In this document: positions 32,675-40,069 of the stretch, one piece after another
Numbering within the stretch: the stretch's first letter is position 1
Layout: every line of letters begins with the position of its first letter
Program-made: the position numbers and the translations under genes
The notes under the pieces: generated by a model
The model's database searches: none
What the model was told of the DNA's origin: nothing
The model's input: only the letters and a program-made list of their open reading frames with translations
Assembly: GCA_036679605.1 (NCBI GenBank)
Contig: JAZDCZ010000254.1
Span: 128,001 to 192,000, forward strand
Length of the DNA stretch: 64,000 nucleotides
Source: Gemmatimonadota bacterium
GTDB lineage: Bacteria; Gemmatimonadota; Gemmatimonadetes; Gemmatimonadales; GWC2-71-9
Reading direction: 5' to 3'

Positions 32675-32747
32675 GGGGGCGTAGCTCAGTTGGGAGAGCG
32701 CGTGAATGGCATTCACGAGGTCAGGGGTTCGAGACCCCTCGCCTCCA
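32675..32747 (+). tRNA. tRNA-Ala(GGC)
   Basis: Cloverleaf; anticodon arm CGTGA-ATGGCAT-TCACG; G3-U70. Confidence 0.96.
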
Positions 32748-32753
32748 TTGGCA

Positions 32754-32835
32754 GGGACGGTAGAAAAGGGCGGTAATACTGGGCGGATAGGAAAAAGGGC
32801 GGTAGAAAAGGGCGGTAAGACTGGGCGGTAAGGGG
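32754..32835 (+). repeat. Tandem GGGCGGTA-core repeats (6 copies, ~13-16 bp period)
   Basis: Direct reading of the spacer after tRNA-Ala. Confidence 0.8.
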
Positions 32836-32888
32836 ATCGGTTGGGCGGAGTCGATATGGATCAATGGCGTGGCCTCATATTGCAGATT

Positions 32889-32961
32889 GCGGGAATAGCT
32901 CAGCTGGTAGAGCACAACCTTGCCAAGGTTGGGGTCGCGGGTTCGAGTCCCGTTTCCCGCT
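32889..32961 (+). tRNA. tRNA-Gly(GCC)
   Basis: GCGGGAA acceptor; CAACC-TTGCCAA-GGTTG. Confidence 0.97.
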
Positions 32962-32978
32962 TGTCCCGTCCCATCCCC

Positions 32979-33030
32979 GGGCGGTAGGAAAAAAGGCGGT
33001 AGAAGACGGCGGTAGGAAAAGGGCGGTAGA
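32979..33030 (+). repeat. Tandem GGCGGTAG repeats (4 copies)
   Basis: Direct reading of the spacer after tRNA-Gly. Confidence 0.8.
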
Positions 33031-33050
33031 CCATGGGCCACCAGTAGCAT

Positions 33051-33220
33051 AACGGCGCGGGGTGGAGCAGTCTTGGAAGCAGAGCTGAAGCTCTGACTCA
33101 TTGATTAGGGGCGGCCAAGGCCGCCTATTTGTACAACGGCGCGGGGTGGAGCAGTCTCGGAAGCAGAGCTGAAGCTCTGACTCAAATTGATTGGAGGCGG
33201 CCGAGGGCCGCCTATAGCAC
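33051..33220 (+). repeat. Two tandem 84/86-bp units, each a tRNA-fMet 5' stub plus two hairpins
   Basis: AACGGCGCGGGGTGGAGCAGTCT at 33051, 33135 and 33221 (the real tRNA). Confidence 0.9.
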
Positions 33221-33225
33221 AACGG

Positions 33226-33299
33226 CGCGGGGTGGAGCAGTCTGGTAGCTCGCCGGGCTCATAACCCGGAGGTCGTGGGTTCAAATCCCACCCCCGCTA
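33226..33299 (+). tRNA. Initiator tRNA-fMet(CAT)
   Basis: Unpaired C1; GGG/CCC anticodon stem CCGGG-CTCATAA-CCCGG. Confidence 0.95.
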
Positions 33300-33374
33300 T
33301 TGCGGCAGATCGGCGGGTCGATGGATGGGCGGTCAAGAGCCGCCGATCCGACGAGCCGCCGATCCGACGTTTAG

Positions 33375-33451
33375 GGGCGGTTAGCTCAGTTGGTTAGAGC
33401 GCTACGTTGACATCGTAGAGGCCACAAGTTCGAGTCTTGTACCGCCCACCA
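33375..33451 (+). tRNA. tRNA-Val(GAC)
   Basis: CTACG-TTGACAT-CGTAG; CCA encoded. Confidence 0.95.
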
Positions 33452-33525
33452 GCGCCCATAGCTCAACTGGATAGAGCGTTTGGCTACGGACCAAGAGGCT
33501 GGGGGTTCGAATCCTCCTGGGCGCA
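33452..33525 (+). tRNA. tRNA-Arg(ACG)
   Basis: GCGCCCA acceptor; CTACGGA loop. Confidence 0.95.
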
Positions 33526-33556
33526 TCTGGGTGGGAAAAGGGAAAAGGGAATGAGA

Positions 33557-33630
33557 CGGGGCGTAGCGCAGCCCGGTAGCGCGCCTGCTTCGGGAGCAGG
33601 AGGCCCCCGGTTCAAGTCCGGGCGCCCCGA
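33557..33630 (+). tRNA. tRNA-Pro(CGG)
   Basis: CGGGGCG acceptor; CCTGC-TTCGGGA-GCAGG. Confidence 0.95.
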
Positions 33631-33689
33631 TTTTCGGCAAAAAAAGAAGCTCGACGAACCACCTACAGTCCAACACACGAGCCAATCCT

Positions 33690-34838
33690 ATGACCCAACT
33701 ATTTGACATGAGCAAGATCCAGCGCGGGGCCCGCATACGACGGTCCCCGTTCTTCGAGGCGACACATCGCGCTGGATGCTCGGCATATACGGTCTACAAC
33801 CACATGTTGCTGCCCACGGCCTACGATGACCTGAAGAATGAGTACCAGCGGTTGTTGAGCGGCGTCACGGTGTGGGACGTGAGTGTCGAACGGCAGGTCG
33901 AGATCAAGGGTCCGGACGGGTTCGCGTTTACCAACCTGCTGACCCCGCGCGATCTCAACAAATGCAAGGTCGGACAAGGCAAGTACGTCGTGATCACGGA
34001 TCAGGACGGCGGCATCATCAACGACCCCGTGTTGCTCCGGCTGGGAGAGAACCACTTCTGGCTGGCTCTCGCGGACAGCGATGTCCTGTTGTGGGCGAAG
34101 GGCATCGCGTACCGGTCGGGCATGGACGTAGAGATCTGCGAGCCCGACGTAGCACCGATGCAGATCCAGGGACCCGAGTCGAAGGCGGTCGTGCAGGCGC
34201 TGTTCGGAGACGAGGTATTGCAGCTTCGTTATTACTACTTCCTCGAGACAGAACTGGACGGCATACCGGTAATCGTCACCCGAACGGGTTGGAGTGGCGA
34301 AGTGGGATACGAGATTTACTTGAGGGACGGGAGCCGGGGTCAGGACCTGTGGGACAGGGTGATGGAGGCGGGCAAGCCATACGACATCGCCCCGACCGGT
34401 CCATCGGACATCCGGAGAATCGAAGCCGGCATTCTCAACTACGGAATCGACATCACTATCGAGACCAATCCGTTCGAGGTCGGCCTCAAATGGCTGGTCG
34501 ATCTCGAGCAGGATGCAGATTTCATTGGGAAGGATGCGCTGAGCCGCATCTGGGCCGAGGGTGTCAATAGAAAGCTCGTCGGTGTGGAGATCGACGGCGA
34601 ACCATTGGACCTGAACGTGACCAAGTGGCCTGTCAGCAGCAACGGTTCATCGGTGGGCAAGGTAACATCGGCCGTGTACTCGCCGAGGTTGGACAAGAAT
34701 ATTGGCTATGCGATGCTACCGATCGAGCTATCTAAGTTGGGAACGGAACTGCGCGTTCAGGTACCGAGCCGTGAGGCCGGGTTGAAAGTCGTAGCGAAAC
34801 CGTTTGTAGACCCGACGAAGGAGGTTCCCAAGTCGTAG
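33690..34838 (+). CDS. GcvT-family THF-dependent demethylase, DmdA-like
   Basis: RRSPF, YTVYNHMLLP, WDVSVERQVEI.GPD, NDPVL, LADSDV, RIEAG. Confidence 0.85.
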   Translation: MTQLFDMSKIQRGARIRRSPFFEATHRAGCSAYTVYNHMLLPTAYDDLKNEYQRLLSGVTVWDVSVERQVEIKGPDGFAFTNLLTPRDLNKCKVGQGKYVVITDQDGGIINDPVLLRLGENHFWLALADSDVLLWAKGIAYRSGMDVEICEPDVAPMQIQGPESKAVVQALFGDEVLQLRYYYFLETELDGIPVIVTRTGWSGEVGYEIYLRDGSRGQDLWDRVMEAGKPYDIAPTGPSDIRRIEAGILNYGIDITIETNPFEVGLKWLVDLEQDADFIGKDALSRIWAEGVNRKLVGVEIDGEPLDLNVTKWPVSSNGSSVGKVTSAVYSPRLDKNIGYAMLPIELSKLGTELRVQVPSREAGLKVVAKPFVDPTKEVPKS

Positions 34839-34874
34839 TCGGGTCTTAGTACCGAGAGATGAGTTCAATATCTT

Positions 34875-34948
<74 letters not shown>

Positions 34949-34959
34949 CTCGCAAGTAG

Positions 34960-34995
34960 AAATCCCATCGTGAGTTACACACGGTGGGATTTTTT
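34960..34995 (+). terminator. Intrinsic terminator-like hairpin after tRNA-Arg (repeated near 38876 and 45584)
   Basis: AAATCCCATCGTG-loop-CACGGTGGGATTT followed by T run. Confidence 0.75.
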
Positions 34996-35129
34996 CTCGC
35001 ACCCGCGTACCCGCGTACCCGCGTACCCGCTGAATTGTCACATACTTTTGTGACAACGGCTGTTGGCCTCGTCAGCGCCAGGAAAAATTGTCACAACGTT
35101 GTCACAACGCCCACCGACGTAACTACAGT

Positions 35130-35154
35130 CCTCCGGAGCCAAAGGTCATGGGTT
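35130..35154 (+). repeat. att-like tRNA-Arg fragment (anticodon loop to T-arm)
   Basis: CCTCCGGAGCCAAAGGTCATGGGTT identical to 34906-34930. Confidence 0.88.
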
Positions 35155-35247
35155 GATGTACGCGCGTGCTTGCCTAACGGCGGCGCAACTTCTTCGGGAA
35201 CGAAGGAGAGCAACACCCGCATTCCCCAATACGCAATGAACAATGAG

Positions 35248-36507
35248 TTACCCGCCGGTTGAATACTCGAACCCCTCATATGCAAACGCCCTCTCGACGG
35301 CGCTCACATCCACTTCACTTCCGCCTGCGGCGCGAACGGTCTTTCGCCACTCGGCGTTGACGAGCCGTTTCATCTTGTCGATCACGGCGTTCGCCTCGTC
35401 GGGTGACAGGCCGAAGCGTGGCGCCTGGGACAAAATGTTGTCCCGCCTGGCTACTCGACCGAAGCGACCGCAAGCAAGTGCCAGGTCGCGCCGTTCGATG
35501 GAGTGCATCGGGTTCGGCGTGAGATCGTATGCGGGTGCGAGAATCCATTCCTTTCCTGGAGCGATGAGCGCGTGGTTGCGTGGGTGGTCGTCGGTATTCG
35601 AGATCAACGCATTCAACACGATCCGCCGGAACAGCTCCTGCTTGTCCCGGATCGGCTCGGCCGACCAGCGTTGCAGTTCGTCGGCGAGGAGGACGTAGGA
35701 CCAGTTTCGCCGGTCCACCGCGCTCTCTTCCGCGTCCAGCACCGTGAGGGCGCTAACCATCCGGTGCCGGTGATATCCGCCGGTCGCGCGCGCGCGATCG
35801 AACCGCCGGACGAGCAAGATGGACTCGCCGGCAACGCGCTCGATTCTGGTTTCCGGGACACGAATCCCGCACCGTGAGCCCAACTCGAGCATCGCGGTTT
35901 CGACCGGAGCATTGTTCCAGCGATCCCCCCTCGTGGGGAACTTGGCGATCCACAACCCGGCATCATCCTCAACCACGGCCTTGGGCCGTGCTCCACCCAT
36001 CGAGCTTCCCGGTGCAAGCAGCTCGGCAACTTGTTGTGCCAGCGGATCGTCTTGTCGGTCCTCCTCGACAACGGCGGCGGCCTTCTGGAGTTCTGCAAGC
36101 TGCAACGCCGACCGATAAATGGCTCGACGGCGCGGCGGCACCGCCATCGATCCGAACGACAGCACGCCTGCACGGTCGTCACCCGCAGCCTTGAGGTAGT
36201 CGAACTCGTCTAGATCCTGGTGGCCCAGCCGATGCTCGATGACCCTGCGGCCCCACGCGTCCGGCGCTGCATCTCTAAGCACACCGAACATCCCATTCAG
36301 CTTGGCGGTACGGTATTCCCGGGGACTCAGCGGAAGCTGGAACGGGTCTAGCGCGACGGCATCCTCACGGCCGAGAAACGAACGGCCGTAGATCAGTCGG
36401 CCTATGAAGGCGCCGCCGCGCGTAGGCTCCCGGACGAACCGAGCGCAGGGCACTACCTCAAGAGATCGTGGGAGCTGGAGGTAGACGAAGCATTCCTTAG
36501 AAGTCAT
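35248..36507 (-). CDS. hipA: HipA-family toxin kinase
   Basis: DAAPDAWG, GSSMGGARPK, IAKFP, RRFDR, NTDDHPRNH, LAPAYD. Confidence 0.92.
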   Translation of the reverse strand: MTSKECFVYLQLPRSLEVVPCARFVREPTRGGAFIGRLIYGRSFLGREDAVALDPFQLPLSPREYRTAKLNGMFGVLRDAAPDAWGRRVIEHRLGHQDLDEFDYLKAAGDDRAGVLSFGSMAVPPRRRAIYRSALQLAELQKAAAVVEEDRQDDPLAQQVAELLAPGSSMGGARPKAVVEDDAGLWIAKFPTRGDRWNNAPVETAMLELGSRCGIRVPETRIERVAGESILLVRRFDRARATGGYHRHRMVSALTVLDAEESAVDRRNWSYVLLADELQRWSAEPIRDKQELFRRIVLNALISNTDDHPRNHALIAPGKEWILAPAYDLTPNPMHSIERRDLALACGRFGRVARRDNILSQAPRFGLSPDEANAVIDKMKRLVNAEWRKTVRAAGGSEVDVSAVERAFAYEGFEYSTGG

Positions 36508-36844
36508 CGCTCAACTCGCGCGACATTCCTACCCGGGCCGGCCGCCTGGCAGCCTCTAGGGTAGTCCCCTCTACGTCGTCGTCTGGATGGGCCAACCGCG
36601 CTACGGCGTCGTGAAGTCCCATTGCCCAGAGCACTGCGGTGTAAGCGCCGATGCCGGTACCTAGGGCGCCCGCCTCGATGCGGTTCATCGTGACTTTGCT
36701 GATGCCGGCCTTCTTGGCCAGATCTTCCTGCCGGAGTCCCCGTCGCACGCGGGCGGTGGCGACGTTGGCGCCGAGTTGCTGGATGGCGGAGGTAATGGCG
36801 GCCGGGGCGGCAAGATTGTTGATGTTGCGGCGTGGCATGATCAA
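36497..36844 (-). CDS. XRE HTH antitoxin (HipB-like)
   Basis: ARVRRGLRQEDLAKKAGIS..TMNRIEAG; overlaps hipA start. Confidence 0.88.
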   Translation of the reverse strand: MIMPRRNINNLAAPAAITSAIQQLGANVATARVRRGLRQEDLAKKAGISKVTMNRIEAGALGTGIGAYTAVLWAMGLHDAVARLAHPDDDVEGTTLEAARRPARVGMSRELSDDF

Positions 36845-37233
36845 GTGTCCAGTACAATAGAGTTTATCTTAACACTGATAACATATACTCTATTATAATT
36901 AGCTGCAACTATAGGGTACAGTAAATTGCTATCCGACAAGCAGGGGTAACTTCTATTATACCCGATAATTGATACGTGGTATAGAACACCTTTCTCGTCG
37001 ACAGCGGGCAGTGCAAACGGCACGGAGCGGTCGTTTGACGCCCACGCCACCCTCGCGTATACGTAGGTGCCACGCGGCGTTCCTGTGCTGCGCCCCCAGG
37101 CACTGGTGCTCCAATGTGAAAAGACCGTGAAATCCGAGTGAGGCTTCGCCGCGCCCGATCAACGTTGGAAGAAGTCCGGACACCAACTTCCGGACATCGT
37201 CGCACTCCTTCCACGACGGGCGCGGTCATACCT

Positions 37234-37722
37234 CTATCCGAACCTTAGGAACCCACGAACCCCAGCCACGGCACCGGCAATCGCGATCAGACTCGCTGTC
37301 AGCAGCAAGAGATGAAAGCGATGAAGGAGGCGGAAGGCTCTATCAGAGTCGCGCTTGGCAAACTCCCTGAACCAGTGATGAAGGAACAGCGGCTCAAGAA
37401 CGAAGAGCACCAACGTAAAGACCAGCCAGACGAGGGTCATGAGATGGACCCACCAAAACGACGGATCTTGGTACCGACCCCAGGCATCAAATCCCTGGAG
37501 CATGTAGAACCCCGAGATTCCGGTCACCAGCGTGACCACGCGAGCCTGAACCGAGAATCGGCCCTCAATCGCTTCGAAGAACCTTAGGCGCTCCTCGCCG
37601 CTCGGCAACCGACGAAGCGTCGGAATGACAACGGTCGTGACGAAGGCAACCCCGCCAATCCAAAGGACGACGCCCACCACGTGAAGCACTCTGGCAAAAA
37701 CCAGCGACCTAGCGCTCATCAA
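37234..37722 (-). CDS. 4-TM membrane protein (CopD/DUF-like)
   Basis: LHVVGVVLWIGG; His residues within TM helices. Confidence 0.75.
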   Translation of the reverse strand: MMSARSLVFARVLHVVGVVLWIGGVAFVTTVVIPTLRRLPSGEERLRFFEAIEGRFSVQARVVTLVTGISGFYMLQGFDAWGRYQDPSFWWVHLMTLVWLVFTLVLFVLEPLFLHHWFREFAKRDSDRAFRLLHRFHLLLLTASLIAIAGAVAGVRGFLRFG

Positions 37723-38053
37723 ACCATTACCCCCACAAGCGCAGAATCGTCACACACTCTTGTAACAACGGCTACACGCCTACGCCACTGACCCGTTTTG
37801 CCAGCGGCAACAACGGTGAGAATGCCGCTGTCAGCGCCTTGAGCAGATCATCTTGAGCGACCACGGATTCAACGGTGTGTCACGGCCTTTGTCCCTCGTT
37901 CCTCATTGCTATGTAAATGGTGTCCCCTCTCACCGTCGGATACACCTGGATCGACATGCTGATCCCCTCTTCGCCGACCCGAAGCCGGCCGCGGAAATCC
38001 AGCGGTGCGTACCCTGGGCTACCACTTCATTCTCTTGTTGGTTGGGATGCCGC

Positions 38054-38389
38054 TCAGCTGCGCCCGGACCCGTTCGACCCCTGTAGCGCCGCAACGATCT
38101 TCTCGACCGTCGGTACTCCCTGAAAACGCCCGTCAGCGTTGGTATACACACGACAACAGTTGGAATCGGACTCGGAACCCTGTCCGTCGATATCCTGTTC
38201 GTCCACGAGGATGGTGGGAGAACCGTACTGTTTCACGTACGATGGCGCACCGTCCGCCTCGCGATCCCACTCGGTCCAGACCGGGACCTCGCCGATAGTC
38301 GCAAACACCTTGCTCAACTGCTCACGGGCAGCAGCGACGTTGGGACAATCCTTGTCAATTACCAACTCGACCTTGTGGGTCATCGCCAT
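38054..38389 (-). CDS. Thioredoxin-like protein of the type found in mer loci
   Basis: DCPN, GSPTILVD, CCRVY, GVPT; AGGGAGG RBS. Confidence 0.75.
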   Translation of the reverse strand: MAMTHKVELVIDKDCPNVAAAREQLSKVFATIGEVPVWTEWDREADGAPSYVKQYGSPTILVDEQDIDGQGSESDSNCCRVYTNADGRFQGVPTVEKIVAALQGSNGSGRS

Positions 38390-38404
38390 ATGCTCCTCCC
38401 TGCC

Positions 38405-38658
38405 CTAGTGTGAATGCTCTGCGTTCGGTGTGCTGTCAGCGTTCGGCATCTCCATCTTCCCGTCACCGACAACTGCGGACGTGAATCCGGTTAGCCGCGT
38501 GAGTTCCGCAATGGACTCGGTCTCAGCGGCTCGAACGTGCTGCTCAGCCCCGCCCCAGAGACGCCAAGCGTGACAGCCACAAGAGGCCCGGCGCAGCAGA
38601 GTGCCGATCCTACCGCCGCGCCAACCCCTCCAAACGCCGTCATCGTTGCTTTGATCAT
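38405..38658 (-). pseudogene. merT: Internally deleted mercury transporter MerT, possibly once fused to an HMA domain
   Basis: MIKATMTAFGGVGAAVGSALCCAGPLVAVTLGVSGAGLSSTFEPLRP, then homology is lost and the frame stops at 38491. Confidence 0.78.
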
Positions 38659-38726
38659 GTATCCTCGCTCCGAGCTTCACGGTCGCTCGGCTCAGCCAAG
38701 ACCGTTAGGCTTTGGTCCTGATCACT

Positions 38727-38758
38727 ATTCTAAACCACTTACCATGGTATAGAGTCAA
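38727..38758 (-). promoter_or_regulatory. MerR-family promoter/operator
   Basis: TTGACT-20 bp containing dyad TACCATGGTA-TAGAAT, upstream of merT. Confidence 0.78.
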
Positions 38759-38790
38759 GGGCTCGTACCGATATGTGAGTTCAATATTTT

Positions 38791-38864
<74 letters not shown>

Positions 38865-38951
38865 CTCGCAAGTAGAAATCGCATCGTGAGTTACACCCGG
38901 TGGGATTTTTTCTCGCACCAGCGTACCCACTGAATTGTCACATACTTTTTG

Positions 38952-39032
38952 CAGTGGTTAGAGATGGAGAACGACGATCCCCTCGCCGACCTCACGGTCG
39001 CGGACGTTGCGCGGCACCTCCGCCGATCACCC
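38952..39032 (+). pseudogene. Excisionase-like HTH fragment
   Basis: QWLEMENDDPLADLTVADVARHLRRSP immediately after the arm motif. Confidence 0.5.
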
Positions 39033-40061
39033 GCCAGCCCTCAGCGGGCCACCTTCCTGGATGTGTCCGTCCAGCGATCGAAGAAACGCCAGCAGCGCCG
39101 CTTTGTCGCGGTCGGACAGCCCGAGCGGCAGTAGGCGTTGGTCGAGGTACGGATTCGCGTGCCCACCCCCGTCGTAGAAATCGATCACCTCTTCGAGCGT
39201 GGCCAGACTTCCGTCGTGCATGTACGGAGCGGTGCGCGAGACATGCCGCAGAGTGGGCGTCTTGAACGCACCTACATGCTCGGCCCGTCCGGTTACGAAT
39301 GCCCGACCTGAATCCGCCGGCTCCCCATTCCGCCAAGCGACGCCCGTGTTGTGAAACGCCAGGTCGGTCAGTAGCGCGCCGAGGTGGCATCGGGTGCACC
39401 GTGCGCGCCCTTGAAACAGGTTCAGACCTCTTCGTTCGACTGCATTCAAAGCGTCCCGATCGCCATCCGCGAACCGATCGAAGCGTGACCCACCGGCACG
39501 AATGGAGCGGACGTACACCGCCAGGGCTCGGGCCAGGCCGTCACGCGTAACCTCTTCCCCAAGTGCTCCATTAAAGAGTCGGGGGTAATCCACGTTCTGA
39601 CGGAGCCGCTGAACGACCTGGTCCACGGTCATGTCCATCTCGTTTGTCGCCACGAGCGGCTGAAGCACTTGCTCCTCGAGCGTCGTGGTCCTGCCGTCCC
39701 AGAAGAACGTCTTCCCCCAGGTCAGGTTCAAAATGGCGGGAACATTCCTAGATCCTATCCGACCAAACACCCCCACACTGACTTCGCTGCTATTGGCAAA
39801 TCCGCGGTCGGGCTGGTGGCACGAGGCGCAGGCCAAACTAGAATCGCGGGAAAGGTCCGCGTCGAAAAACAGTTTTCTCCCAAGCGCCACGACATCCGGC
39901 CCCACCCTGACACCGGGAGGTAACGGCACGTAGAGATCCAATCCGGCAGGGGCCACTGAAGCCCGTCGGGCCTGGGCTTTCGCCGTCACCGGCAGCGCGG
40001 CTCCGGCGGTAAGCGCCGAAACCGCAGCTGCCACGAATACAAATCGCAGAAGCCGGTGCAC
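39027..40061 (-). CDS. Di-heme cytochrome c peroxidase (CCP/MauG family)
   Basis: CASCH, FFWDGR, CTRCH, FKTPTLR, APYMHDG; GTG start after GGGGAGA. Confidence 0.92.
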   Translation of the reverse strand: MHRLLRFVFVAAAVSALTAGAALPVTAKAQARRASVAPAGLDLYVPLPPGVRVGPDVVALGRKLFFDADLSRDSSLACASCHQPDRGFANSSEVSVGVFGRIGSRNVPAILNLTWGKTFFWDGRTTTLEEQVLQPLVATNEMDMTVDQVVQRLRQNVDYPRLFNGALGEEVTRDGLARALAVYVRSIRAGGSRFDRFADGDRDALNAVERRGLNLFQGRARCTRCHLGALLTDLAFHNTGVAWRNGEPADSGRAFVTGRAEHVGAFKTPTLRHVSRTAPYMHDGSLATLEEVIDFYDGGGHANPYLDQRLLPLGLSDRDKAALLAFLRSLDGHIQEGGPLRAGG

Positions 40062-40069
40062 AATCTCCC

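Noticed and set aside
33051..33243. Three 23-bp repeats at ~85-bp period as a CRISPR array
   Set aside because: The intervening sequences are near-identical, the repeat is a tRNA 5' end, and there are no cas genes.
35035..35056. CRP site
   Set aside because: Half-sites are in the opposite order (TCACA-N6-TGTGA) and the motif tracks att repeats rather than promoters.
37775..37880. Possible merB fragment (LLKALTAAFSPLL)
   Set aside because: Too short and degenerate to support without a search.
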